Source of the DNA: Amoebidium appalachense
Taxonomy: Eukaryota > Protista > Ichthyosporea
Assembly: GCA_963693365.1 (NCBI GenBank)
Contig: CAVNZM010000001.1
Coordinates: 6,712,907 to 6,776,906 of the forward strand
Length of the DNA stretch: 64,000 nucleotides
Direction of reading: 5' to 3'
Shown here: piece after piece, positions 14,137 to 26,980 of the stretch
Numbering within the stretch: the stretch's first letter is position 1
Layout: every line of letters starts with the position of its first letter
The notes under the pieces: generated by a model
Told to the model about the DNA's origin: nothing
The model's database searches: none
Seen by the model: only the letters and a program-made list of their open reading frames with translations
Position numbers and translations under genes: made by a program

Positions 14137-14893
14137 CCCCCCCCCCCCCCCCCCCCCCCCTCCCCACCCCTCTCCCCCTCCCCCCCCCCCCCCCCAACAC
14201 ACACACACTGCAGTAAGGTTCTTCTTCTTGGTGCCGGCCTTGTGGCTGAGCCCTTTGTGGACTACATGCTCCGCCGCCCCGAGAACCATGTCATCATCGG
14301 TATCTCCCTCCCCCCCCCCCCCCCACCACCACCCTTCCGGTTACACACACACACACACACGGCCCTTCCCCAGGGCCTTTATAAATTATTTACCTTTAGA
14401 TCGGTTGCTTTCCCACTCACCCAAAACTCTCACACATTTCTCTTCTAAGGACCACCCCCCTCCCCTCCCCCCCCGCTTGCTTAGTTTTACAAAAGAAGAC
14501 AACAAGCTTCTATGCTCCGAGATCATGCAACACAGTCTTCCCCCTCTTCCCCTGCCTTTACCATGTTTTCCCTCTGCTCCCCTTCCCCCCCCTCCCCGTC
14601 CCCCCCCCCTAAACCCCAAGAACCCCCGGTTCCCCGAGCCCTCCCTATCCTGTGGTTCTATCCCTAACCTATGCCAGCACTTCCCTGAACTCTGCATGTA
14701 TTCACATTGCACTAGCAAACATTTTGCCCCCCCCCCCCCCCCCCCCCCCCCACCCCCACCCCCCGGATCTTATCCTGCATGACGTACATCCTTTTCTTTG
14801 TTGAATGTCGTTGTATTGAATTCCCTGTACCTTTTTCTAACTCCCCCCTCTCCAACCCTTTACCTTCCCCCCACCCCCCACCCCCCTCCCACC

Positions 14894-14932
<39 letters not shown>

Positions 14933-15577
14933 CCCCCTTCCCTGGCCCCTCCCCCCTGCCCACACACACACACACAGCCAGCCGCACGCTTGCCAAGGCG
15001 GAGGAGCTTGGCAAGGGCAAGGCCAACGTGACTGTCAAGACGTGTGACGTCACCAACAAGGACGACATCGATGCAAATGTCAGCGAGTGCGACATTGTTG
15101 TGAGGTGTGTGTGGGTGTGTGTGTATGTGTTTTCGTGTGTGTGCACTAAGGCGCGGGGGGTTGGGAGAAGGGGGGGGGGGGGGGGGGGGGGGGGGCAAGG
15201 AGAGGTATTACCGGGTGGTGTGTGTGTGTGTGCGGGGGGATGGGGTGGGGGGGAATGGGGAAAGAGACAGCTATCCTGAGGGGGAGGAGGATTCTAACGG
15301 GGCAAGTGGGAAAGAGGTTTGCGGACGGGGGAGTTGGGGGGGGGGGGGAATAAATGGCACTATAAGTTTTATTTTCCTGCTTTGTACCCCCCCCCCCCCC
15401 CCCCTCCCTCCCCCCCCCAACACACACACACACACACACACACACCACCACCGCCGCCTTACCCTAGAACCACGCCGTGCTCTGTCTGAATTCTAGGGAC
15501 GTATCGTCTAGAGCAAAAGGAAGCAGTCTGACTGGAAGTGTACCTTCTTCTTCTTCTTCTTCTTCTTCTTCTTCTTT

Positions 15578-15608
<31 letters not shown>

Positions 15609-15772
15609 GGGAGATGCAGGTAGATCAGTCCTGCTGAGGGTCTTTGCAACTTGATAAGGTTCCATACGGTTGATATTTTGTTTTCCTATGGAGAAACCAT
15701 CCCCCCGTGATGGTGTCCGTTTCCATATGTTTTACGAGTGATTCAAAATGGCCGTGTATTGCATTGTCCAAT

Positions 15773-15804
<32 letters not shown>

Positions 15805-16062
15805 CTGCCTGCATTCCCAGCCGAGTCGAATTTTTGGGTTGCTCGCATATGCTTCTATAGTGTGTACAGTGCTCTTACCCTCCTCCCCCCACCCCCAACC
15901 CCTCACCATATCCCCACCGGATTAACTCACACTAATACGCGCACACCTACATATCCAAGTGGTCTTACACAGTCACGAAGATCTACGACATACGGTTGGG
16001 ACGGGTTGGTACTGAGCGACTTAAACATTAATTTTCCCATCCCATCCCTTCCTTTTCTCCCT

Positions 16063-16118
<56 letters not shown>

Positions 16119-16119
16119 A

Positions 16120-16150
<31 letters not shown>

Positions 16151-16453
16151 TACACACACATACACGGTGTGTGTACACACCCACACACCCCTGATTTGCA
16201 CTCTGTATTATGCTGAACGTTATAAATGTATTCTTTGTACTACAACAGATTCTAACCTCCCCCACCCCCATCCCTACCCTCCGCCCTAACACACACGTGC
16301 ATACACACACACGTGCACGTGCAGCCTGGTGCCGTACCTGCACCATGCCGACATCATCAAGTCAGCCATCAAGTACAAGAAGAACTTTGTGTCCACCAGC
16401 TACGTGTCCCCCGCCATGATGGCTCACGATGAGGCGTACGTATCCTCCTCCCC

Positions 16454-16484
<31 letters not shown>

Positions 16485-16897
16485 ACCTTCCCTCTCCCTC
16501 CCCTCCCTCCCCCCTCTGGGGCCCAACCCACTCTCCACGAAGACCCTCTGCTGATGGGGGCCTGACAGACCGTGCACCCTTTCCTCCGTATTTGTGGTGT
16601 TGTGTGTAGTAAGGTATTTATTGTTTGTTCTTGAGGTGTGTTTGCGTGCTACTCCGGGCTCATTCACGCGTCGCCCACACTTCCTTTCCTGTTCTCCGTG
16701 TTCCCCCTCCCCCCGCCTACTGTTCTTTTCTCGGTGAAAGTTAGATGTATCTCTCTTCTCCTGCTGTTTATACACGGTTTCCCTTCTCTCTCTCCCCCCC
16801 CTCCCCCCCCCCCCCCCCCCCTTCCCCCCGGTCTTTGTGGCTTGGCGTTGTACACGTTAAAGATTGTTCCCTCATTCCCCCCCCCCCCCCCCCCCCC

Positions 16898-16943
<46 letters not shown>

Positions 16944-17079
16944 ACCACTCCCACGTCTGCCCATCATGTTCCCAACTTGCCGACACACTTCTTGTTGCTG
17001 ATACTTAGATTGCACTTTTGCATCTGCACCCCATCTTTTCGTTTCTTCTACAAATCTCTGTTCTCCGGTTTCTCGGTTC

Positions 17080-17110
<31 letters not shown>

Positions 17111-18596
17111 GGGTTAACCCCCCCACACACACACACACATCCCCCTCCCCAACTCTGCTATTTACGGCTTCCTCCGCTTATATTATATAAAATTGTGTTG
17201 AATCTATACCATTCAATTCTGCTTGCATCTGATTGGTTTGAAATCATAGGGCCAAGGAGGCTGGCATTGTCGTCATGAACGAGATTGGTGTCGACCCCGG
17301 TACGTACCCCCCCCCCCCCCCCCCCCCCCCCCCTGAGGATGGGCTCTGCTTATGACGCATACTGTGCACATGGCTGATGTTGCATACTTGAATGTTTGCC
17401 TTTGCATGTGTCCTGCACCATGCTTCTCGTCGTGTATGCGTACTTCGTACCGTGTTCCGCATTCAAACCCCCCCAGTCTTCTTTCAGAGGTGTCCTTTCA
17501 GGACAGACCGCTGTGTGGAGACCGCTTTACTTCCATGCAACCGGGCATGGTTGCTCTGTGTCGTGCATCTGTAAGCACATACGCATTTTTCGCTGCACTG
17601 CTTTAGTTTGCACACACATCTTCACCGTTTTGCTCACCTTGCTTGCATAAGCAACCCTGCTCGTCTTTGATCAAGACGGGTTGGACCCGCCCAAGTTCAG
17701 TTGATGCTGCTGTCCGAGTTGGAGCGTCGTATATACGCGGGCTAAGGGGTCGAAACTCAGACGCAATTGATGACTTGGGTCCTCCCTGAGGATGGGCTCT
17801 GCTTATGACGCATACTGTGCACATGGCTGATGTTGCATACTTGAATGTTTGCCTTTGCATGTGTCCTGCACCATGCTTCTCGTCGTGTATGCGTACTTCG
17901 TACCGTGTTCCGCATTCACCCCCCCCCCCCCCCCCCCCCGGCCCCCTCTATTGTTTCCATTATTCCAATCCCCTAATATGCACATTGTTCACACACGCCA
18001 GCCCCACAAGTATGCCACACACATATGCAGCACAAAAATCTGCGGATTTATGCAAAGGGAATAGGGCAATACCAGACTTTTCATCTAATGGTTACGTGTA
18101 TTCTCGCGCCCTTAAAACACCAATCCAGATTAAATTTAACCACCTCCTCCGTCCCCCCTTGATACGCTCCCCCCCCCCCCCCCCTCCCCCGTCCCCCTAG
18201 GCACAGCCATGGTAGAGTTGGGGGCATGTGCACACACACACAGGCACACACACACACACACATGCAAATTTGCAAACGGTTACCCACGCCACAGCTGCCT
18301 TACCCTCCTCTCGGTCCCCTCAAGTGCCTCTAACCACCCAGCACCTAAGAAAGTAAAAAGAAAAGAAAAGAACACCCACCCACACAAACACACAAACACA
18401 CGGCCACGTGTGATGACACACAAACGTACTCGCACGATTTTAATCCCTTATAAATACCCCCCTCCCCCCCCCCCCCCCCTCCCCCCATTCAAAAGCAAAC
18501 ACACAATTTCACAAACACACATGCACACTTACACAAACTTATTCGCACGTACTGACCACACACGTACACACACATACACTCATACATACGTGCACA

Positions 18597-18663
<67 letters not shown>

Positions 18664-20155
18664 CACGTGCAGGTGTGGACCACCTGTACGCCAAGAAGAT
18701 CATCGACGAGGTTCACGCAGAGGGGGGCAAAGTCCTTGGCTTCCTCTCATACTGCGGTGGGCTGCCTGCCCCTGAGTGCTCCAACAACCCCCTGGGCTAC
18801 AAGTTCTCTTGGAGCCCCCGTGGTGTGCTCCTGGCTGTGAGGAACGAGGCTAAGTTCAAGGAGAACGGCCAGGTGTGTGTGTGGGTGGGTGGGTGGGTGG
18901 GTGGGTGTGTTGGGGGAAGCCCTGGGGGGGGGGGGGGGGGGGAGGGGGGGACCGCTCACACATATACGCACCTGTATAGCCTAATGAGCACAGCATGCAG
19001 ATGCTCTTTGTCGCATTCTTCTTTGGGACCAGTTGTGTTAAAAGTGTTGGTGTGTGTTTGTGTTGGCAGACCGAGGGGAGGGAAGGGGGAGGGGGGGAAG
19101 GGGTTTTGTGTAGTGGTGCTGTTTTTTTTTTTTTTTTTGGAGTGGGGGAAGCCCTGGGGGAGGGGGGGGGGGGGGGGGGGACCGCTCACACATATACGCA
19201 CCTGTATAGCCTAATGAGCACAGCATGCAGATGCTCTTTGTCGCATTCTTCTTTGGGACCAGTTGTGTTAAAAGTGTTGGTGTGTGTTTGTGTTGGCAGA
19301 CCGAGGGGAGGGAGGGGGGAAGGGGCTGTGAGGGGAGGAAGGGGGAGGGGGGAAGGGGTTTTGTGTAGTGGTGCTGTTTTTTTTTTTTTTGGAGGGGGGG
19401 GGGGAGGGGGGGGGGCACGTGTTAACAACATCACTAGCAAGCTCACGCACGTAGTCCTTCCCCATCACATTGGTGCTTACACCCGCGCCATTTTTGCAGC
19501 TTGTGACCATCCCTGGGCCCGAGCTTCTTCGCAAGGGAGCCAAGCCCATCCTGACCTACCCAGCCTTTGCCACCGTGGGCTACCCCAACCGTGACTCCTC
19601 TTTCTACGATGAGAGATACGGCATGCCTGAGTGCCAGACATGCCTGCGCGGCACCCTGCGCTACCAGGTGCGTGATTTAATAAATTTAGAATGGTGTGGG
19701 CGTTAAGATTTATGGGGTGATGCTTTGGTTCTGTATTCGACCGACGCTCTAGCCCACTAACCCTGGGCCCTGACACGCATCCAACATGCATTGGTGATTT
19801 TTCTCTTCCCGTACTTCAATCATGTCCCATACCATATCTACTTCCGGTTATAAGACCAACAACAACTAAAACACTCTTGCACCACTTTTCACATTACAGC
19901 CCCTAGATGCACCAATGCTCACCCACCTTCTTTTTCCTTTTTAGGGCAACCCCGAGATCATTCAGGCCTTTGCCGATGTGGGGTTCCTTTCCATCGATGC
20001 TACCGACTACCTTGCAGCCACTGCCACCCCTCTGACCTGGCGCCAGGCCACTGCTAAGATCATCGGTGCCTCTTCCGATAACCCCGCGTACATGCCCCCC
20101 CCCCCCCCCCCCCCCCCCTGTTGTTCTGGTTGATTACCTGTAATCTTCGCTTATT

Positions 20156-20192
<37 letters not shown>

Positions 20193-21121
20193 TGTGCGGG
20201 GTTGCACATACCGGTGTCTACTTTTCTTCTTACTGTTTTTCTCTCCACACACTTCATCTGTCCACTTCTGCATACCCCCTTTCATAGCTATAGACACACT
20301 TCACACATTGCGTTACGCGCACGCATGCACACACCGCTCTGTTGGCGACAGCTCCCTTGGAACCCATGCGGCATGTTACCCGCCGGCGTAACATAACTCG
20401 GACTATCGGTTTGGCTTTTTTCAAGCCCAAAGCAATGGGTGATACCATATTTCCGGCTGACATCCGGGGGCATAGCTTTCCGTTCGAAGACGATAAAGTT
20501 CCGCCCTAGTAAGCGTGTTACTACCCTGCGGCGTGGGTCAAATCTCATATTTTCCCCTCTGATTACGAATTCTGCGGCCTTCGGGACTTAATTCTTTTCA
20601 GCTGGTGTAGTATGTTAGCCAGGGAAGTATCGACTTAGGTATCGACGGGGGAGCTTCCTAGAAGCCCCGTCTCCTGAGTTCCTATCTATATTTTTCTTGC
20701 TTCTGCTTACTGCTGCAACTTTAACCCCCGGCCTTTCCCACTGCCCTTGCCTGCATAAGCAACCCTGCTCGTCTCTGATCAAGACGGGTGACCTACTCAT
20801 GTTCAAGTGAAACAGTATCTGAGTTGGGTTTCGTTAACGAGGGGAATAGGTCGAAACTCGGGTACTGTGGATGACGTGGGCCCCCCCTGAGGATGGGCTC
20901 TGCTTATTATGCATACTCTTTATGTATGGCTTGCATTCTGCATCGTGTTATCCGTTTGTTCTTGTGTACTTCGTACTTTTTAACGCATTCAAACCCCCCC
21001 CCCCCCCCCCCCAAACACACACACACACACATGCACACACACATTTCACGTGTGGTTTGCACTCTGCATCGTGTTGTCCGTTTTTGATTGGTACATCGTA
21101 CTCATTGCACACTCTATCATA

Positions 21122-21187
<66 letters not shown>

Positions 21188-21647
21188 ACCATGCCACCAC
21201 AGGCCCAAACAACTCGTGGGACCTCAACCCCTTACGGCTTTCTTTCTTACCTCCTCAGCGGTCACCCTCTCTTTTCCTGTGCTCTCCACCCCTTCCCGTT
21301 TTACCCCCGTCTGTGTGCTCTCTCATTATCTATCTCTTTACTTGACACAACCGGCAATGTCTATCTCCCCCCCCCCCCCCCCCCCCTTCCCCCGGCGCAC
21401 CTCCTTCCTTGCCCGCCCGCACCCATCCACCACCACCACCACCACCACGACCAACACCACCCCCTTCCCCACCGGTGTGCCTCCTTTTCACTTTGCTTTA
21501 CCCTCTCTTGCGATATCAACCATGCACATATGTTCTGATGGCCGCTATCAACCAATCAGGGACCTTGAGGCCACCGCGGTTGCCAAGGCCAACCTGCAGG
21601 GTCTTGACCTGGAGCGTGTCATCCGCGGCTTCAAGTGGTATGCTGCA

Positions 21648-21683
<36 letters not shown>

Positions 21684-21924
21684 TTTTTCCTCGTGTTCCA
21701 TTTAGTAGGGGTAGTATGTTAGCCTAGAAAGATTCCTTAATTTAGGTGGCAACGGGGGAGTGTAGCTTCCCAAGAGCCCTGTCTTGTAAATTTCTATCCA
21801 TATTCTTGCTTGTTACGTGCTGTTGCAACCATATTGTTGGGCCCTTCCCACTCCTGTGTGCTTGTGACGTCTGTGTGAATAAGAAGCCCTGCTCGTCCTG
21901 ATCAAGACGGGTGACTTATACACA

Positions 21925-22001
<77 letters not shown>

Positions 22002-22968
22002 ACGTGCAGGTTCGGTCTGTTCAGCAACGAGCCGTGCCCGATGAAGGGCACCCCTCTGGACTGCCTGTGCTTCACGATGGAGGGCAAGATGCAGTTTGGG
22101 CCCGGGGAGAGGGACATGGTCCTGCTGCAGCACAGGTTCGACATCGAGAGGAAGGACGGCTCAAAGGTACGGGTTTTTTTTTGTGGTTTGTGTGTGTGTG
22201 GGGGGGGGGGGGGGGGGGGGGGGGGGGGGCTCTGCTGCTGTGCGAGTATGCTCTCCCGGTGTTGCTTTTTATCTAACTGTCCCTCTGGGGTCATGTGTGC
22301 TTTTGTTCTCTCTTTGTCTTACTACTACTGGCTGACTGCATGCCTGGCATACCTCCTTTCCTGAGTGTGGTGGCGTGGTGGTGGTGTTTGGGGGGGGGGG
22401 AAGGGGGGGGGGGGGGGGGGGGAAGGGAAAAAGGGAAGGGGGGGGGGGGGGAAGGTAGGTGGGGGGCCGCCCTCAGACTGTAATCATACTCTGCAGTTAT
22501 CCCCCCCCCCCCCCCCCCCCCCCCCGTGAATGGGTCGAAAATGGGTACTGTGGATGACTTGGCCCGTCTTTGAGCATGGGCCTATTATGCATACACATAT
22601 GTGTTTGGTACTTTGCATTGCATTTCCCGTCACGAATGCGTACTTGGTACTCCGTGGTGCATTGTTTCCCCCCCACGCCCACCCCCACCCCCAAGAAAAA
22701 AGAAGAAAAGAGAAGAAAAGAAAAAAAGAACTTTGAGATAAATAAGAATATTAATAACAAAGAAATAACAAAGGAATATGGGCAGTTGTATGGATGTGTG
22801 GGTGGTTGGATGTGTATGCCTACAAATCAAACCGCGCACTCACACGTGCACACAGTACACGCAAACGTCGACCCTCCTCGAGTACGGTGAGCCCAACGGC
22901 TACAGCGCCATGGCCCGCCTGGTCGGCATGCCCTGCGGTGTTGCCACCCAGATGATCCTCGATGGTAC

Positions 22969-23019
<51 letters not shown>

Positions 23020-23463
23020 GTAGCCGTATTGGGTGTTTTTTTTTTGGGGGGGGGGGGGGGGGGGACTATTCCACTGTGTGTTTGCCTGCCAATGATTATG
23101 CCACTGCGCATGCCACTTTCTTCTCTTTCACTTTCTCTCTTCTCTCTTCTCTCTTTCTCCCCCCCCCCCCCCCCCGCCCCTCCTTTCCCCTCCCTCCCTC
23201 TCTTTTTCTTTCTCTCTCTACTCCCTTAGGGAAAAGATTTCGATGAGAAAAGGAGCCCAACAACAACTTATCTTGAAGCACTTATTCATGCCAGCTTACG
23301 AAGGAGCCTTTGACTTTCATGACATATCCATTTTTCTTGCCTCGGTTCCCTATTAGACATTCACTACACCGTCCTTTGTCCGGCAGTGATTCCCTATATC
23401 TGCACAGGCGATACAACGATCATGCACAACCGGCGCCCCCCCCTCCCCCCCCCCCCCCCCCCA

Positions 23464-23507
<44 letters not shown>

Positions 23508-23532
23508 CCCCCCCCTCCCCTCCCCCCCCCCC

Positions 23533-23564
<32 letters not shown>

Positions 23565-23719
23565 TTCACTCACGCTCACTCACTCACTCACTCACCCACA
23601 CAGGCAAGATCACCCGCAAGGGTGTGTTTGCGCCGCTCGACAAGGAGATCTACGAACCTCTGCTTGAGATCTTGGAGAAGGAGGAGGGGGTTAAGGTTGT
23701 GGATGAGATCATCGAATAA
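13523..23719 (+). CDS. LYS9: Saccharopine dehydrogenase (NADP+, L-glutamate-forming) / saccharopine reductase, 12 exons, 449 aa
   Basis: Exons 13523-13527, 14214-14299, 14978-15104, 16325-16435, 17250-17299, 18673-18872, 19500-19667, 19945-20087, 21560-21637, 22010-22166, 22856-22964, 23604-23719. All GT-AG, total 1350 nt, open to TAA. Motifs MPKVLLLGAG (Rossmann), STSYVSP, NEIGVDPGVDHLYA, SYCGGLPAPECSNNPLGYKFSWSPRG, YPNRDS, RGTLRYQG, ERDMVLLQH, GYSAMARLVGMPC. Confidence 0.96.
17331..17918 (+). repeat. About 1.3 tandem units (453-bp period) of the structured intronic repeat, LYS9 intron 5
   Basis: ccctgaggatgggctctgcttatgacgc starts at 17331 and 17784; near-identical to 38641-39490; both ends abut poly-C. 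Confidence 0.9.
18911..19395 (+). repeat. Local ~230-bp tandem duplication in LYS9 intron 6
   Basis: accgctcacacatatacgcacctgtatagcc...gttggcagaccgagggg begins at 18951 and 19181; the unique core is identical and the G/T runs differ. Confidence 0.9.
20342..21000 (+). mobile_element. Degenerate 3' end of a probable Penelope-like element: GIY-YIG endonuclease remnant followed by terminal repeat
   Basis: Frame from 20342 reads LATAPLEPMRHV...IRGHSFPFEDDKV..(stops)..CYY...SHI...SWCSML, resembling the PLE GIY-YIG C-terminus (R..EH, GHxFxF, E/S..I, W..L). It runs directly into a diverged copy of the ~450-bp repeat (ccctgctcgtctctgatcaagacggg...ggtcgaaactc...ccctgaggatgggctc...attcaaaccc). Confidence 0.5.
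21710..21915 (+). repeat. Diverged fragment of the same element (LYS9 intron 9)
   Basis: gtagtatgttagcc...acgggggag...ccctgctcgtcctgatcaagacgggtgac parallels 20607-20792. Confidence 0.75.
22527..22670 (+). repeat. Diverged fragment of the same element (LYS9 intron 10)
   Basis: gggtcgaaaatgggtactgtggatgacttggccc...atgggcc...atgcgtactt parallels 20849-20980. Confidence 0.65.
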
Positions 23720-25018
23720 GTTTCGTAATCCCTTTGCTCCCCCCCCCTTATTTCACGTGTGTGCTTTTCTTTTACACGTTCACTTAACTGTACCTGATTC
23801 TTGCAGGGCAGTGTTCAGGGTAGTGGTCTAGCATGACCATTAATCTGTTGGGTGTTTGTTTGTCTTTGTTATCAAATGTATGGCTTTGCAACTGTATTGC
23901 ATCCAGCATATATTTCACACTAGGTGGTAGAGGTACAGAATGTGGTTCGTGCGCGCCTGTTCACATGCGATATAGACGTCGACGACCATGTTTTCGGTAA
24001 ACTGTGCATTCGCCTTGTGTGTGTGCATCATACGTATACAATGGTGATTTTCGTCACGAGTGACCGTCAAAGCTTTATCTGTAAGTTAACTGTTAAGGTA
24101 GCATGTTTGATTTTCTGGCCATGATTTGGCTAATGATGATTGGCTAATGTATTGCCACATTGGTGTGGCTCATGTTGCAACCATGCTTTATTAGGGGCTC
24201 GTACTCCAAATAAATGCAACATTGAAGAGTCATCAGTATGCGAATTTGAACAGTCGGCCGGGTGAAGCAGTAGTATACAGCATGGAGGTGATTCAGTCCA
24301 GATCTTGGTTTACGGAGACGGACAGTTATACCCATGAAAGTATGCCGTATTGGGGTTCTACTGAACTGTTGGCTTCGGCAGTACCCGTGTTTTTTTCTAT
24401 TTGTTTGTGGTTTTTGACAAAAAAATCATCCGAAAGTTTTGTAGCTGTGATAATTATCAAGTTCTATTGGGCCCCGATCGAAAGGCAAATGAAACATTTT
24501 CTATTTATCCTAGATGTGCTGGCGCTAGTAACTTTAAACTGAGGGTCTTGGGGTCTTGGCTATAGAGGGTAATGGGGTATTAATTATTACCAACTGGTGT
24601 CATACAAAAACCCCTTGGCTGTGTTTGAGGAGATCCCACTGCCGGCGCGTGCCGATGATCATATGAGCAGGCAGGCCCACGGCCACGGGGCCCCGGCGGG
24701 GGCCGCAACCGTGCAACTTGCAAGCATAGCATTGATGTTGGCGAACTAAGGATTTACATTGCCGCATGATGCATTTGTCGTTGTCAGTGTTCAGAGCCTT
24801 GTATGTTTATTTTTATGGGCGTTGTAATCCAGTACACCAGTGTCACTATGATACATTATATTTATCACGGCCGTGTTCGCTGCCTCGATCATTGGAGGTA
24901 TATGTACGCGTGTACGCGTACTGTGGACTCGAGCTCCGAGTCGCGGCGGGAGTGAAGGGAAAGGGAAGGTGATATGGAGAGAGAGAGAGAGAGAGCAAGA
25001 AGAGCGAGAGGATATATA

Positions 25019-25053
<35 letters not shown>

Positions 25054-25127
25054 GGGCCTGGAGACGAAGGAGGGAGAAAGGAGGAGAGCGAGAGGGCCGG
25101 GGAGTAAAAGGGAGGTAGTGGGAAGCT

Positions 25128-25169
<42 letters not shown>

Positions 25170-25455
25170 AGAGAGAGAGAGTGAGAAGAGAGAGAGAGAG
25201 AGAGAGAGGGACAGAGCAAGGCTAGAGTCTGTCTTTACAGCACCATCACTACTATCCTGTCACATCCGGTGGCGGCCCCCTTGATATCACCCTGCCAACC
25301 ACCCCGTAAAAGCTTCCCTCCTCCACAGTGTCGTCGTGTCTCTTTCTGCCATACAGTGTTCATATTCCCTGCTCTATTCTTGCCCCCGGCCTCCCCCCCC
25401 CCCCCCCCCCTTCTTTCCATATTCAGACTCGTCAAGCTGATGTTTAAGAGGTCCG

Positions 25456-25489
<34 letters not shown>

Positions 25490-25686
25490 TTTCCCCCCCG
25501 AGGCCTCTCCCCCAGCCCGGCCCCCTTCTTACCCTGCCATAAATACTCTGACCAGTCGCCAACCCTACCCCTCAAAAATATCACTACCCGATTGCAACCA
25601 CAACCTCATCCGTGCAGCCCCCCCCAACACAACTCTCTTTCTTCATCAAAGAAAGGCCTGCTAAACACAAACGAGTCCCCTGCCTA

Positions 25687-25749
<63 letters not shown>

Positions 25750-26820
25750 ACACACACACACACACACACACACACTACAACCTATCTCGAATTCATTGGG
25801 AACTGCTTTAGCTTCTTACCTGCTTTTGCAACAATCCCCAAGCCCTTTAAGCATATGTGTTTGCGCTTTCAAACACTAGTTTTTACATGCACGACACAGT
25901 AGATGCGAGACTTTTTGCATATATCACAAACACAAACGTCAGATCAATTTACTCACGTGGCGAAACACAAATAAGGGCCCTAAGGATCATTCCGCCACGC
26001 GACCTTACAACTTGTACATATGCATTTCAATGCACAGCGGCAACCATTTTGATCGCTTACCGTGCGCAGTGAAACCAACAGCTGTTTCTAATGTGATTTT
26101 TTTTTTTTTCCACGTCTCCACCGTTATAGAGTCGCTCTTTATTTGGTTTCAATAAATTTATGATGTGGCCCAGCCCAGAAAAGTATGTGGCACCTTTGCA
26201 AAAAAACAAATGCCGTGACTACTATGTGAGCTTGTGCACAAACTTATGAAATGCACATTCTTGCAAATACGCGGTGACAGTGACTAAGATTGCGCACAAA
26301 CCTATGAAATGCACATTGTTGTTTTCTGTTATACTATTTTTATGTATCGTCCGATTCCCCCAGCACATGTACATCTAGTGCAGTGTGTACGTCACGCACC
26401 CGCCGTAGATCGATATGGCGTCTTGGGGTGCCACCATGACGTCACACCCGAAAGGTAATGCGGCACCAACTGATTTCGAAAAGTTGTTCAATAGAAAAGA
26501 GACCAGCTCAAAGTTGCCAAAATATTGCGGCCTGTGTTCAGTGAGGGCCGTGTTGCGGCCTCATTCCCTCTTATAACCACAGATGCATATGCATGGGCCC
26601 GGTGGCCAAGAACGTACTAAGGCCTCATACTCTGTCAGAGTATACGTAGGTCCTCGGTAGGAGGCCTTGGAACGTACACCATCATAAAATTTGTTCAAGT
26701 GTTGACACTGTTGATCCTCCGTCTACGGCTGTTCCTTTTGTCTGATGGGTTACCAATGAAGCTTTCGGTTGTTCCAATCAAATCGGAAGATCTAGAACTA
26801 TTATATCACGATCGTAGATT

Positions 26821-26980
26821 CGTAATATGACACGCTATGTCAGCAGGTTTGAGTTGCTGACAATCATGATTAAATATAGACCAGTGGCCACTGTCTTCTA
26901 CCGTATGCACAAATTTGACTATTTTAGTCAACGCTCCTTCTACAAAAATGCAGAAGCCATCACACAAACACTTGAGCTCA
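26821..26980 (+). pseudogene. Possible hAT transposase remnant
   Basis: RNMTRYVSRFELLTIMIKYRPV...NAEAITQTLE loosely resembles the hAT TRWxSxxxML...R segment; no other motifs or termini found. Confidence 0.25.
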
